From Cyanobium sp. (lineage in GTDB: Bacteria > Cyanobacteriota > Cyanobacteriia > PCC-6307 > Cyanobiaceae), in contig JBIKWZ010000006.1 in assembly GCA_044356035.1 (NCBI GenBank), positions 4,031 through 68,030 on the forward strand: a DNA stretch of 64,000 nt, in the 5' to 3' direction. A program made the position numbers and the translations under genes. Below, in pieces: positions 53,592 to 63,845 of the stretch (position 1 is its first letter; every line of letters starts with the position of its first letter). The notes under the pieces were generated by a model, which did not search any database, was not told the origin of the DNA, and saw nothing but the letters and a program-made list of their open reading frames with translations.

Positions 53592-55031
53592 TCAGCCCAC
53601 GGATCCCTCGAGCTTGAGGGCAAGCAATTTGTCTGCCTCAGCAGCAAATTCCATGGGCAATTGATTAAACACATCGCGGCAAAAACCGCTGACCATCATC
53701 GAAACCGCCTCTTCAAACCCAATGCCCCGGCTTTGCAGGTAAAAGAGTTGATCTGCGGAGATGCGGCAAGTGCTTGCCTCATGCTCCACTGCGGCATCCG
53801 GCTGCTGAGAGCGGATATAGGGATAGGTATTGGCTCCAGCTTGATCGCCAATCAACATCGAATCACATTGGCTGTAATTCTTAGCCCCTACCGCTTTAGG
53901 GCCGATCTGCACAAGACCGCGGTAGCTATTAGATGAATGGCCAGCGCTAATACCCTTGCTCACAATGGTTGATCGGGTCCTCGGACCAACGTGAATCATC
54001 TTAGTGCCAGTATCAGCCTGCTGATAGTTGTTAGTGAGGGCAACTGAATAAAATTCGCCCACCGAATCGGCACCCTGCAATACACAACTGGGATACTTCC
54101 AAGTAATTGCTGAGCCAGTTTCCACTTGAGTCCAACTAATGCGGCTGCGGTCACCTCGGCATTGACCGCGCTTGGTGACGAAGTTATAAATACCACCTAC
54201 GCCATGTTCGTCACCGGCATACCAGTTCTGAACCGTTGAATACTTAATAGAAGCATCATCGAGCACCACCAACTCCACGACGGCTGCATGAAGCTGATTG
54301 GTATCAAACATCGGGGCCGTGCACCCCTCTAAATAACTAACAGAAGCACCCTCCTCGGCAATTATTAAAGTGCGCTCAAATTGGCCTGTGTCGGCAGAAT
54401 TGATCCGGAAGTATGTTGACAACTCCATTGGGCAAGTCACGCCCTTGGGAATAAAAACAAAAGAGCCATCACTAAAAACTGCCGAATTTAGGGCCGCAAA
54501 ATAGTTATCATTACTCGGAACTACTGTGCCGAGATATTTCTCTACCAAGCCTGGATGCTCCTTTACAGCCTCACTGATTGAGCAGAAAACAACGCCATGC
54601 TCAGCCAGCTTTTCGCGATATGTGGTGGCAATTGAGACGCTGTCAAAAACAGCATCAACTGCCACATTGGATAGGCGCTTCTGCTCACTTAGGGGGATGC
54701 CAAGCTTTTCAAATGTTTCCAGCAGCTTGGGGTCAACCTCATCAAGGCTGGCTTTTTTCTCCTGCTGCTTTGGAGCTGCATAGTAGATGATGTTTTGATA
54801 ATCAATCTGCGGGAAGCCCAGTGCTGCCCAATCTGGTGACCGCATCTGCAGCCATTGCCGGTAGGCCCGCAGCCGAAAAGCCAATAAAAACTCAGGCTCA
54901 CTTTTCTTCGAGGAGATCAGACGCAAAACGTCTTCACTCAGACCCTTGGCGATCTTTTCAGTTTCAATATCAGTGACGAAACCGTGCTTGTACGGCTGCG
55001 AAACTAGATCGCCAACGGTTGCAGTGCTCAT
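53592..55031 (-). CDS. sufB: Fe-S cluster assembly scaffold SufB
   Basis: 479 aa: [10 protein letters not shown]..., [44 protein letters not shown]. Confidence 0.96.
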   Translation of the reverse strand: MSTATVGDLVSQPYKHGFVTDIETEKIAKGLSEDVLRLISSKKSEPEFLLAFRLRAYRQWLQMRSPDWAALGFPQIDYQNIIYYAAPKQQEKKASLDEVDPKLLETFEKLGIPLSEQKRLSNVAVDAVFDSVSIATTYREKLAEHGVVFCSISEAVKEHPGLVEKYLGTVVPSNDNYFAALNSAVFSDGSFVFIPKGVTCPMELSTYFRINSADTGQFERTLIIAEEGASVSYLEGCTAPMFDTNQLHAAVVELVVLDDASIKYSTVQNWYAGDEHGVGGIYNFVTKRGQCRGDRSRISWTQVETGSAITWKYPSCVLQGADSVGEFYSVALTNNYQQADTGTKMIHVGPRTRSTIVSKGISAGHSSNSYRGLVQIGPKAVGAKNYSQCDSMLIGDQAGANTYPYIRSQQPDAAVEHEASTCRISADQLFYLQSRGIGFEEAVSMMVSGFCRDVFNQLPMEFAAEADKLLALKLEGSVG

Positions 55032-55045
55032 CGAGGTAAACCGAC

Positions 55046-55432
55046 TCAGCTGGCAGTAAGGGCTTTAACTTCGTCTAGAAAAATCGTCTGCTGATCACCG
55101 CGGAAAGCATTGTCCTCGGTGAGAAATAGCATGCAGTGGCACTCTTTACGCTCCCGCATGGGCACGCAAGGGCAATTCCAAAAAGCTTGGGAAACCTCTG
55201 CCTGCTTGTCCTCGTAATGACGGCAGGGGCAAAGGGCACCACCAAGCTCATCTTTGTGCTTGGCCAGGCCAGCAAGCACCACCGCTGTCACACCGGGATC
55301 ACTACAGAAGTAAGTACCGGTGCGCTGCGCGTAGGTTTCGGCAAACTTTCGAATCACCTCCAAGCTGTCGGAGTGCGCCGGCGAGCTCCCTACGGAGCTC
55401 TCAGCGGTCGAACTGGCCGGAGTGTCGGACAT
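55046..55432 (-). CDS. ftrC: Ferredoxin-thioredoxin reductase, catalytic subunit
   Basis: CPCRHYEDK...[20 protein letters not shown] has the CPC...CPC...CHC cluster/disulfide motifs. Only 14 nt upstream of sufB on the same strand. Confidence 0.9.
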   Translation of the reverse strand: MSDTPASSTAESSVGSSPAHSDSLEVIRKFAETYAQRTGTYFCSDPGVTAVVLAGLAKHKDELGGALCPCRHYEDKQAEVSQAFWNCPCVPMRERKECHCMLFLTEDNAFRGDQQTIFLDEVKALTAS

Positions 55433-55528
55433 GGCTCGAAAGGGAAGGTGATCAGAAAGCGATAGTCAAACAGCACCTCCGCATGGGGCGCTATCGGCAG
55501 CCAGCAAGGGATTTACCGGCAGACCATT

Positions 55529-55548
55529 ACGAAACTAATATGTTTCGT
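55529..55548. promoter_or_regulatory. Candidate SufR operator: perfect inverted repeat ACGAAAC-TAATAT-GTTTCGT
   Basis: Read directly in the 122-nt divergent ftrC/sufR intergenic region. It has the same AAC-N6-GTT architecture as the CAAC-N6-GTTG SufR sites I recall from Synechocystis. The spacer TAATAT looks like a -10 hexamer. Confidence 0.45.
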
Positions 55549-55554
55549 TAGTGA

Positions 55555-56313
55555 TTGAGCCTAAGACACCAAGGCCGCAAGTGGGGCCCAATCCCCAACC
55601 GCCCGCCAGTCGTGGCATCGTTGTCTCAACCGGCCTTTGCCGTGAGCGCCATTCCCCAAATCATTCACCAGCACGCCGATCCGGCATCCACCCGGGATAC
55701 GGTGCTCACCTTGCTGGTTAGGCATGGAGAGGCCACCGCGAGCGCGCTAGCCGCTCACCTAGAGATGTCGGTGCAGGTTGTGCGTCGCCATTTGCGTGGC
55801 TTGGAAGATGATGGTTTGGTCGAGTCCAGTCCAGCGACGGAGGGTCCGGGCAGGCCCAGTAATCACTGGCGCCTTACCGCCAAAGGCCAGGGGCAATTTC
55901 CCGATGGCAGCGACCATTTCGCCCTCGGCCTGCTGCAATCTCTGGCTGGCAACCTGCCACCGGAAACCCTGCAGGAACTCCTACTACAACAAGCCATTCA
56001 GCAGGCTGACGCCTACCGCCAACGCATCGGCGCCGGCTCGCTTCCTGAGCGGCTGGAGCAACTGGTAGATCTACGCCGGCAGGAGGGGTATCTGGCGGAA
56101 TGTGCCCAAGATGCCGGCGACCCACAAGCCTGGATGCTCAGTGAATTTCACTGTTCCGTGATGCGCATCGCCGAGCAATTCCCGTGCATCTGCGACCAGG
56201 AGCTGCAGCTCATTCGCCACACCTTTCCCGACTGCCAGGTGGATCGGGTGCAATGGCGCCTGGAGAAGGGTCACTCTTGCGGCTTTCGCCTGACGCCCTG
56301 CCGTGACGACTGA
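55555..56313 (+). CDS. sufR: Fe-S-sensing transcriptional repressor SufR
   Basis: Winged-helix TRDTVLTLLVRHGEATASALAAHLEMSVQVVRRHLRGLEDDGLVES. C-terminal Cys ligands (ECAQ..., FHCSV, FPCICD). No ATG near the N-terminus: either TTG at 55555 (track) or the in-frame GTG at 55612. Confidence 0.85.
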   Translation: MSLRHQGRKWGPIPNRPPVVASLSQPAFAVSAIPQIIHQHADPASTRDTVLTLLVRHGEATASALAAHLEMSVQVVRRHLRGLEDDGLVESSPATEGPGRPSNHWRLTAKGQGQFPDGSDHFALGLLQSLAGNLPPETLQELLLQQAIQQADAYRQRIGAGSLPERLEQLVDLRRQEGYLAECAQDAGDPQAWMLSEFHCSVMRIAEQFPCICDQELQLIRHTFPDCQVDRVQWRLEKGHSCGFRLTPCRDD

Positions 56314-57313
56314 AGCGCCGCCACCCCAAGCCAAAAGCCCGCTTTCAGCAGCGGAACTGGCGGAGCTGGAGGCCACCCTCCTGCCCGCCTTGGAGCGGCA
56401 CCAACTGCGCCTTCTCGCCCACAGCCTGCGCAGCCTGCAGGCGATCGCAGCCCACCAGCCCGCAGGGGACCTCCCAGGCCATGACGCGATGCGCGCCTGG
56501 GCCAGCCAGCAGCCCGCCCTCGCCGACGCCCCCTGCTTCCAGGCAGTTCTGGTGGAGCAATTAGAGGCGGCGGGCAGGCAGCTGCAGCAACTGGCCACCA
56601 GCCTGAGCCGGGCACCATTGGCCCTAGAGCTGGACGACCTAATCGCCGCGGCTTGCGATCATCGCCCCAGCCCCAGCCCCAGCCACATCACGCCAGTGAG
56701 CGAAATCCAATCCGAGTCGATCGCCGACGCCCTCAGCTTTTTCCGCCTTAGCTGCGGTCGCTGGCGCTCCCAGCGCAGTAGCCATCACCTGCTGCACCGT
56801 CGAGCAGAGGCGGGAGGCTCCTTCATTGAGGTGGTGGAGATCGTCGCCGCCGACCCCCGCCTGATCGCCATCGCCGAGCTCCACGGCGAAAATCCCGCCG
56901 GCCTAGTTGGGGGCTGCCGGGTGACCTGGAACGCCTCGATGGCGTGGGATAAAGCCGGAGAAGCCCACGAAGGGGAAAGCGTTTTCGGCTTGATCCCCAC
57001 CGATGAGCTCGGCCGGTCCGGCCTGCTGCTGCGCGACCGCGGCTACGCCGAAACCGCCCCCGTGGCAGGTCATTTCGCCATGGACGAGCGCGACGGTCTA
57101 CTGCTCACCACCGGCTACGAAACCATGGCCAGCCTGGAGCGATTCAGCTTTGCCGGCCCCAATGTGCGTCTGCGCACCAGCACGGTGGAGGGCCTCTCCA
57201 ATACGGCGTCGTTCTGCGTCGAAACACGGCTGCTAGACAGCCCTCAGCCTGGGGCCAAAACCCCAGCCCAAGAGCCCGTTTCCGAGCAGCCCCTGTCTCC
57301 CCTGGGATGGTGA
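56303..57313 (+). CDS. CpcS/CpeS-family phycobilin lyase with a ~130-aa N-terminal helical extension
   Basis: The C-terminal 200 aa (FFRLSCGRWRSQRSSHHLL...GGCRVTWNASMAWDK...LLLRDRGYAE...ERFSFAGPNVRLRTS) match the CpcS beta-barrel family. The N-terminal part is open in the same frame with strongly GC3-biased codons. The GTG at 56303 overlaps the sufR stop (GTGACGACTGA). An in-frame GTG at 56696 would give a canonical-length lyase. Confidence 0.7.
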   Translation: MTTEAPPPQAKSPLSAAELAELEATLLPALERHQLRLLAHSLRSLQAIAAHQPAGDLPGHDAMRAWASQQPALADAPCFQAVLVEQLEAAGRQLQQLATSLSRAPLALELDDLIAAACDHRPSPSPSHITPVSEIQSESIADALSFFRLSCGRWRSQRSSHHLLHRRAEAGGSFIEVVEIVAADPRLIAIAELHGENPAGLVGGCRVTWNASMAWDKAGEAHEGESVFGLIPTDELGRSGLLLRDRGYAETAPVAGHFAMDERDGLLLTTGYETMASLERFSFAGPNVRLRTSTVEGLSNTASFCVETRLLDSPQPGAKTPAQEPVSEQPLSPLGW

Positions 57314-57404
57314 CGAACGTTACGGACTGTGAGCCCTGTCTCGGCCAGCCGAACCCGGCCGCGGCTGCACTTCTACGATCAGCAACGACGGATGATGAAG
57401 TTGT

Positions 57405-58166
57405 GTGGCCCTGCCCCTCCTGAAATACGCGCCCACTACCCAAAACTCGCGGGTTGACCCGCTTCGGGTGGGTTCGGATGAGGACCCCAAACCCATGTCC
57501 ATGGACAGGGCAATGGATCCCAAAGACCTAAATCTGGTCATTGAGTCGTGTTACCGACAGATTTTCTTTTATGCCTTCAAGGTCGACCGCAACTCGACAT
57601 TGGAGAGCCAGCTGCGCAACGGCCAAATGAGTGTGCGGGATTTCATTCGCTCCCTGTGTCTCTCAGACACCTTCACCCGCAGCTTCTACAACCTGAACAG
57701 CAATTACCGAGTGGTGCGCCACCTGGTGGAAAAGCTGCTGGGTCGCCCCACCCACGGCAGGTCTGAGGAGATCGCCTGGGCGGCCGTGCTGATGACCCGC
57801 GGGGTCAAGGGCATGGTTGACGACATCCTCAACGGCCAGGAATACCTGGACGCCTTCGGTTACGACACCGTTCCCTTCCACCGCAACCGCGTGGTGGGCT
57901 CCCGCGATCTGGGCGAAACCCCCTTCAACATCACCACTCCGCGATACGAGGCCTATTACCGCGGCATCTTGGGCTTCCCCCAAGTTGTGTACACCGGCAC
58001 CGCCAAAACGATCCCCGCTCGCTCCCGTCAGCGCCGTGGCGGCTTCCCCGAGGACTACCTCCCCTGGGTGCGCAATCTGCCTGCCATGCGCAGCCAAGGC
58101 GGTGCATCCGGCAGCGTCAGCATGGACTACCTGTCCAAGGTTCCTTACCGCAGCATCGGCCGCTGA
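57405..58166 (+). CDS. cpcG: Phycobilisome rod-core linker polypeptide CpcG
   Basis: (V)ALPLLKYAPTTQNSRV N-terminus and a PBS-linker domain (CYRQIFF...ESQLRNGQMSVRDFIRSLCLSDTFTRSFY...VVRHLVEKLLGR...LDAFGYDTVPF). Confidence 0.9.
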   Translation: MALPLLKYAPTTQNSRVDPLRVGSDEDPKPMSMDRAMDPKDLNLVIESCYRQIFFYAFKVDRNSTLESQLRNGQMSVRDFIRSLCLSDTFTRSFYNLNSNYRVVRHLVEKLLGRPTHGRSEEIAWAAVLMTRGVKGMVDDILNGQEYLDAFGYDTVPFHRNRVVGSRDLGETPFNITTPRYEAYYRGILGFPQVVYTGTAKTIPARSRQRRGGFPEDYLPWVRNLPAMRSQGGASGSVSMDYLSKVPYRSIGR

Positions 58167-58189
58167 AGCCAGTCTCCAACTAAACCTCC

Positions 58190-58215
58190 GGGCGGTCAAA
58201 AGGCCGCCCTTTTTT
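58190..58215 (+). terminator. Intrinsic terminator of cpcG
   Basis: GGGCGGUC-AAAA-GGCCGCCC (8-bp stem including one G-U pair) followed by six T, 24 nt after the stop. Confidence 0.75.
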
Positions 58216-58321
58216 ATGGGCCATCAGCACCCAGGCCGTCAGCATCTACTGACGGCTCTAGATCGAGCTACCCGAGCCAGGAGAAACTCGTCCACACTGA
58301 TCCCAAAAGAAATCTGTTGCT

Positions 58322-59395
58322 GTGACACAGGCACTCACCGCATTGGCACGCATGACCCTGCGTCAGCTTCGCCAAGTCGCTAGCGACCTTGGGGTGGGCT
58401 TGTACAGCCGTAAGTCCAAGGATGAACTCCTAGCCGCCATCAATGATCGCCAGGATGAGGAGGACACGCCGATCAGTCTCAAGGCAATCGAAGCAGAGCT
58501 ACCCCCAGCTCCCCGCCCCAGCTCAGCAAATACCAGTGTCGTATTTCTGCCCCGCGATCCCCAGTGGGCCTACGTGTTCTGGGATATCTCCCAAAGCGAT
58601 CGGGCCTCAGCCCTGGCAACTGGTGCCACCCAGCTTTGCCTGCGCGTCGCCGACGTAACTGGCCTGCCCGGCGGCTCAGCCCACCCCCACACCCTGCAGG
58701 AAGTGGTGGTCGACAGCCATGCCACCGAGTGGTATTTGCCAGTGCCCCTGTGCGATCGGGATTACCGGGTGGAACTCGGCTACCGCAAAGGCAGCGGCGG
58801 CTGGATCTCCCTGGCCTTCTCTTCAGTGGCACGGGTACCGGCCCAGCACCCCAGCGAGCAAATACTCGATCAGTTCGTGCCCTTTTCGCTGGACACGGCT
58901 CCAGCCATCCTGCCGACGCCGGTGGAGCCAGCCGATGCAGGACTACACGAACGCCTATATCAAACAGCTACAGCCCGCTGGCGCAGTCTTGGCAGGGGTT
59001 CTGAGGCTTTCCATGCGCTACACGCAGCCGGCCTAGACACCAGTGAACTCAACACCTCTGGTGCCGGCATCTGGGCCAGTGGCCGCAACGCCTCTGGCAT
59101 CGGCGGGGTCGCCTCCCGTCAACGCTCGTTCTGGCTTGTGGCTGATGCTGAGCTGATTGTCTATGGGGCCACCGATCCCGCTGCCCGCCTCACCATTGGC
59201 GGTGAGGAGGTGCCCCTCTCCGCCGATGGCACCTTCCGGGTGCAAGTGCCCTTCCGCGATGGTCAGCAGCTTTATCCGATCGAGGCGGTCGCCGCCGATG
59301 GCGAGCAGAAGCGCAACATCACCCTGGAATTCAGCCGCTCTACCCCTGAAGACAACAGCAACCCAGCCGAAAAGGCCCTAAGCGAATGGTTCTAA
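58322..59395 (+). CDS. Rho-N-like plus DUF4912 domain protein (conserved in cyanobacteria, from memory)
   Basis: LARMTLRQLRQVASDLGVGLYSRKSKDELLAAI (Rho termination factor N-terminal-like helix-hairpin), then VVFLPRDPQWAYVFWDIS...EWYLPVP..DRDYRVELGY typical of DUF4912. GTG start. Confidence 0.65.
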   Translation: MTQALTALARMTLRQLRQVASDLGVGLYSRKSKDELLAAINDRQDEEDTPISLKAIEAELPPAPRPSSANTSVVFLPRDPQWAYVFWDISQSDRASALATGATQLCLRVADVTGLPGGSAHPHTLQEVVVDSHATEWYLPVPLCDRDYRVELGYRKGSGGWISLAFSSVARVPAQHPSEQILDQFVPFSLDTAPAILPTPVEPADAGLHERLYQTATARWRSLGRGSEAFHALHAAGLDTSELNTSGAGIWASGRNASGIGGVASRQRSFWLVADAELIVYGATDPAARLTIGGEEVPLSADGTFRVQVPFRDGQQLYPIEAVAADGEQKRNITLEFSRSTPEDNSNPAEKALSEWF

Positions 59396-59586
59396 ATCGA
59401 GCCTTGGCACTGAAGCGCTCAGCCGTCGCTCTCACACCGATGGCAGGAGCCTTGGCATTTCCGCTGATTGTGCCGGTTGTGTTGATGCGCTTCGGCCTGC
59501 CAGCCGCCATGCTCAGCGCTGTGTTGATTGGTACTGGTTGGTTTGTGGTGATGCTGCGGACCGCCGAGATGCCCGGCCACCACTAG
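59386..59586 (+). CDS. Small two-TM hypothetical protein
   Basis: 66 aa, overlaps the upstream stop by 10 nt, two hydrophobic helices. Confidence 0.4.
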   Translation: MVLNRALALKRSAVALTPMAGALAFPLIVPVVLMRFGLPAAMLSAVLIGTGWFVVMLRTAEMPGHH

Positions 59587-59643
59587 ATAAAGCCCCAGCT
59601 TGATCCAATGTGGGAACCCTGGGTACAACCGCCCAGGGCTGCC

Positions 59644-61017
59644 ATGGCCAACCTTTCGCCGCGCCACCCCTTCGCCTGGGCAAGCCTTGTGAGCTTGGCT
59701 TTAGCTGGCTGCAGCGCAGACGCCCAGCTACTGGGCCAGTCAGCCCGGCCCAAGCCCCTGCCCAAGGGGATCGAGCTGGCCTTCAACCACGCCGAAACCA
59801 GCCGCTACCGCAGCCCTATCAACGGTCAATGGCGTCAGGGCGACGATCTCGAGGCTTTCGTGCTGGCAAGTATTCAGTCGGCGCGGCGGGAAATCCTGGT
59901 AGCGGTGCAGGAGCTGTCGCTGCCGAAGCTGGCCGAAGCGCTGGCGGCTAAGCACCGCGAGGGGCTGACGGTGAAGGTGGTGCTGGAAAACACCTACAGC
60001 AGCCCCTGGAGCGAAGAGCATCCGGCCGATCTGGTGCCACACCAGCGCACCCGCCATGAGCAGCTCAAGGCCCTCGGCTGGGGGGACGCGGTGGCGATCC
60101 TGCAGCGGGCCGGCGTGCCCCTGATCGATGACACCGCCGATGGCAGTGCCGGCAGTGGTCTGATGCACCACAAGTTCATGGTGGTGGACCGGGCCGTGGT
60201 GGTGACCGGCTCAGCCAATTTCACCCCCTCCTGCATCCACGGCGATCCAGGTGCAGACCGCAGCCGCGGCAACGTCAACCACCTGCTGCGGCTGCGCAGC
60301 CGTGAGCTGGCCCACACCTTTGCAGCCGAGTTTGAGCGGATGTGGGGCGACGGCCCCGGCCGCAAGCCCGACAGCCGCTTTGGGCTGGGCAAGGGCGGCG
60401 GGGCGCCCCAGGAGCTGCTGGTGGAATCAACGCCGGTGACGGTGCTATTCGCCCCCCACCGCCGACGCGATCCCCACCAGGGCCTGGTGGTGTTGGAGAA
60501 GCTGCTCGCAGGCACCCGCAAGCAACTCGATCTGGCCCTGTTCGTGTTCTCGGATCAAGGACTGGGTAATGCGATGGAGAACCTGCAGCAGCAAGGCGTC
60601 AAGATCCGCCTACTGGCCGACCCCGGCTTCGCCAACCGAGCCTTCAGCGAAGTGCTCGACCTTCTCGGAACCAAGCTGCCCGACCACCGCTGCGGCCTAG
60701 AGGCAGCGAACCGCCCCTGGCAGCGCCCCCTTGAGAGTGTCGGCACACCACGGCTGGCCAGCGGCGACAAGCTCCACCACAAGCTGGCTGTGATCGACAA
60801 CCGCACCGTGATCACCGGCTCCTTCAACTGGAGCCCCTCAGCCGCCCATCAGAACGATGAAACCCTGCTGGTGTTCGATTCCCCCCTGCTCGCCCAGCAC
60901 TTCACCGCCGAAGTCGACCGCCTCTGGAAAGGGGCTGAACTGGGCATCACCGAGCGGCTGCAACGCAAACAGGAACGACAGCGGAACCGTTGCGGGAGTG
61001 GGGTGCAGAGGGGGTGA
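59644..61017 (+). CDS. Phospholipase D-superfamily lipoprotein with two HKD motifs
   Basis: Lipobox SLALAGCSAD. HKD-1 is HHKFMVVDRAVVVTGSANF and HKD-2 is HHKLAVIDNRTVITGSFNW. Start set at the ATG at 59644. Confidence 0.85.
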   Translation: MANLSPRHPFAWASLVSLALAGCSADAQLLGQSARPKPLPKGIELAFNHAETSRYRSPINGQWRQGDDLEAFVLASIQSARREILVAVQELSLPKLAEALAAKHREGLTVKVVLENTYSSPWSEEHPADLVPHQRTRHEQLKALGWGDAVAILQRAGVPLIDDTADGSAGSGLMHHKFMVVDRAVVVTGSANFTPSCIHGDPGADRSRGNVNHLLRLRSRELAHTFAAEFERMWGDGPGRKPDSRFGLGKGGGAPQELLVESTPVTVLFAPHRRRDPHQGLVVLEKLLAGTRKQLDLALFVFSDQGLGNAMENLQQQGVKIRLLADPGFANRAFSEVLDLLGTKLPDHRCGLEAANRPWQRPLESVGTPRLASGDKLHHKLAVIDNRTVITGSFNWSPSAAHQNDETLLVFDSPLLAQHFTAEVDRLWKGAELGITERLQRKQERQRNRCGSGVQRG

Positions 61018-61308
61018 GTAGGTGCTGGAGTGGCTTCTGTGATGGCTACTGAAAGCAGAGAGCTTTATGCGGGTTCTGCATAAACCAAACCAAAGCGATT
61101 GCACCGCAACGCTTAGGCGACCCCATAAGAAGCGCCGGCGGACGCCGCTACAGGTTTTCTGCGGGATCCACGTGCTTCCTGTACACTTTAAAAAGTACAC
61201 ATAAAAACGCAGCTCAACATTGTGCTTTAATTAGCATCGCCCTTAGCCAGTGAGCCACCTCGAACCGCTCCACCGCCAAATTAGAGATTCCTTAAAAATT
61301 AGACCATT

Positions 61309-63408
61309 ATGGCGATAAGTAGCTACAATCTAAATGCCACAACAAAGCTTGTGCCCAGCACGGGCGATTTAGCTATATTAAGGCAGCCAAGTGGGGCAAT
61401 TGCGATAGGCGCATTCTCTCCAGATGGATTCATTTGGTGGGTAGTTCCAGAGAACCAGGCTCCCTACATATCGTTTAACAACGAGCTGCAGCCAAATATC
61501 GGCTATGATCAATTCATCCTTGTTTCCCGACAAGAGTTTGACCTAATATCATCACAAATTTATGTCAACTCAGGGATAACAGTCTTTGAAGATTTCCTCA
61601 AAACCGCCGAGTTTTTATTGACCAGCGACTTAAATGCAGATGCATTAATAGAGCAGGCTATACAAGACACAACACTTAGATACACTTTTTCTAGGGAGCA
61701 AGTCAGCCAGAGTCCGACGGCTAGGCTGACAATCGGCTTTTCATCTGATCCAACAGGATCAATGCAACTTGCTTTTGAGCTGCTAAACGAGTTCGGGCAG
61801 AATCTCGGAGGCATTGGTCCAACGATAGACGCAAGCTCCTTTAGAGACGGACAGACCACAAATATAAACAATGGCTTCTTTACAGGAAGCTACAACGGAA
61901 CGACGAATACATTAGACGTCGTGTTTAGCTGGCAAAGGCTATATGGACCAACATATGCGGAAACAATTGGGAATGGGTCTGTCGTGATTGCCATTGCCAG
62001 AGGCTCTGACTATGCAAGCTCCGCAGCTCTGCTGATAACCTCAATTACAGGCACGGCAGCATCAGACGTATTAGAAGGAACAACAGCCTCTGAAACCATT
62101 GTGGCACTTGGAGGCAACGACATTGTTGATGCAGGCTTGGGTAATGACACTATTGACGGAGGAGCTGGGACTGACACGCTAATTGGAGGCGCGGGAAATG
62201 ACAATGTAAATGGCGGGACAGGAAACGACCTAATTGTGGGAGGCGATGGGGCAGGCGATGACATCTACAACGGTGGCGCAGGCACCGATACAGTGAGATA
62301 TTCGTCAGCCACACTTTCAATAAGAATAGACCTCGCAAATGGTGCAGCGTCGGGGCCTGAGATTGGAACTGATACATTAATCTCAATTGAAAATATCATA
62401 GGAGGACAAAGCAATGACTCCATTAATGGGTCTGCTGCTGGCAACAATATTGATGGCGGGGCAGGCGCTGACTCAATGGCAGCAGGGCTTGGGAATGACA
62501 CCTACGTCGTAGACAACATAGGAGATATCGTCACAGAAACAGCTTCTGCTGGATCTGACACTGTTCAATCCTCCATTACCTACACACTCGGCTCCAACCT
62601 AGAAAATTTGACCCTAACAGGGACTTCAGCGATCAACGGCACAGGCAACACTCTTGCCAATACCATTACGGGAAACAGCGCCGCCAATATCCTCAATGGG
62701 TCTACGGGTGCAGACACAATGATCGGAGGATTGGGCAATGACACCTATTTCATCGACAACACAGGTGATCGCGTAATTGAAGCCACATCTGCAGGCAGCG
62801 ATACAGTTCAGTCATCAATCTCTCACACGCTAGGTGCCAACTTAGAGAATCTATCTCTTACTGGCGCTGCAGCTATCAACGGCACTGGCAATGCTCTGAA
62901 CAACACCATTGTTGGCAATGATGTTGTCAATACCCTTTCTGGTCTTGCTGGCAATGACACCATTGACGGCAAAGGCGGTAATGACACCATCATTGGCGGC
63001 ACAGGAGCAGACCACCTAACAGGCGGAGCAGGCACGGACACCTTCCGCCTGGTGCTTGCTGATTCCTTACTTCCCAACTACGACAAGATCACTGACTTCG
63101 CCATCGGGACCGATCGCCTGGATGGTCCCACTGCTGTCACCGCTGCCAACGTCAAAGATGGCAATGGATCCATCAATGGCGTCGGCATAGTGCAGACGCT
63201 TGATGCAGCTGGCATTGGCACTCTCCTCAATAGCAACAGCAACTTCGCTGCCAACGGTGCCAGCGTCTTCACATACAACGATCCGACTGCTGGTCGCAGG
63301 ACATTTGTAGCCCTAAACAATTCAGCCGCCGCATTCTCTGCCTCCACCGACGCCATCATTGAAATCACAGGGTATTCAGGGTCTCTGACGAACCTGGCGA
63401 TTGTTTGA
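61309..63408 (+). CDS. Large RTX (hemolysin-type Ca-binding repeat) protein with a C-terminal bluetail-like domain
   Basis: 699 aa with no N-terminal signal peptide. A ~240-aa unique N-domain is followed by many GGxGxD nonapeptides ([40 protein letters not shown]...). The C-terminal part reads ...[16 protein letters not shown]...[35 protein letters not shown]. The bluetail name is from memory. Confidence 0.85.
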   Translation: MAISSYNLNATTKLVPSTGDLAILRQPSGAIAIGAFSPDGFIWWVVPENQAPYISFNNELQPNIGYDQFILVSRQEFDLISSQIYVNSGITVFEDFLKTAEFLLTSDLNADALIEQAIQDTTLRYTFSREQVSQSPTARLTIGFSSDPTGSMQLAFELLNEFGQNLGGIGPTIDASSFRDGQTTNINNGFFTGSYNGTTNTLDVVFSWQRLYGPTYAETIGNGSVVIAIARGSDYASSAALLITSITGTAASDVLEGTTASETIVALGGNDIVDAGLGNDTIDGGAGTDTLIGGAGNDNVNGGTGNDLIVGGDGAGDDIYNGGAGTDTVRYSSATLSIRIDLANGAASGPEIGTDTLISIENIIGGQSNDSINGSAAGNNIDGGAGADSMAAGLGNDTYVVDNIGDIVTETASAGSDTVQSSITYTLGSNLENLTLTGTSAINGTGNTLANTITGNSAANILNGSTGADTMIGGLGNDTYFIDNTGDRVIEATSAGSDTVQSSISHTLGANLENLSLTGAAAINGTGNALNNTIVGNDVVNTLSGLAGNDTIDGKGGNDTIIGGTGADHLTGGAGTDTFRLVLADSLLPNYDKITDFAIGTDRLDGPTAVTAANVKDGNGSINGVGIVQTLDAAGIGTLLNSNSNFAANGASVFTYNDPTAGRRTFVALNNSAAAFSASTDAIIEITGYSGSLTNLAIV
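62485..62970 (+). repeat. Tandem 243-nt (81-aa) duplication inside the RTX gene
   Basis: [55 protein letters not shown]... (62485-62727) against [55 protein letters not shown]... (62728-62970). Both units were counted at 81 codons each. Confidence 0.75.
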
Positions 63409-63756
63409 CCCCGTAGACACCTCTACAACGCTCTGAGGGGCACCACAGTCGTGACCCCATCCAGCGGTGCCTGAATGCCACCGATCCCGCTGATAGCGCC
63501 GTGCCAGTTCTGGATTGACCTTCTCCAGATACCGATGCATCGTGGTCATCGGCAGGCACTTGACGCAATTGAACCGCCAAGCATTCCACTGAGGATTCCA
63601 AAACATTCCACCCTTCTTCTGAACGTATTTCCCCTTTGGTCTATTGAACTGGCACAGAGGACAGAAAAACACTGACTTCCCCTGCTTCTCCTCATATCCA
63701 TCTAGGTGATATTTAATTAAATCCAGTCGATACCGTTGATCTATTAGTGATTCCAT
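63376..63756 (-). CDS. Zinc-ribbon (CPLC...CVKC) protein, phage-like, hypothetical
   Basis: 126-aa low-GC ORF: [39 protein letters not shown]. The C-terminal ~30 codons overlap the RTX 3' end and change composition, so the true stop or frame may differ. Confidence 0.5.
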   Translation of the reverse strand: MESLIDQRYRLDLIKYHLDGYEEKQGKSVFFCPLCQFNRPKGKYVQKKGGMFWNPQWNAWRFNCVKCLPMTTMHRYLEKVNPELARRYQRDRWHSGTAGWGHDCGAPQSVVEVSTGSNNRQVRQRP

Positions 63757-63845
63757 AAGCTCAAATATCTCTATTGATATTCTTTAAGCATTATAAGACA
63801 TTGCTGCACATAAGTCAACTTGACAAAATAGCAAAATAGCAGTAG

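Noticed and set aside
61180-61199. TGTAC-N10-GTACA palindrome upstream of the RTX gene as an NtcA site
   Set aside because: The GTA...TAC spacing is 12, not 8. It lies in an AT-rich promoter-like region where such short palindromes arise easily.
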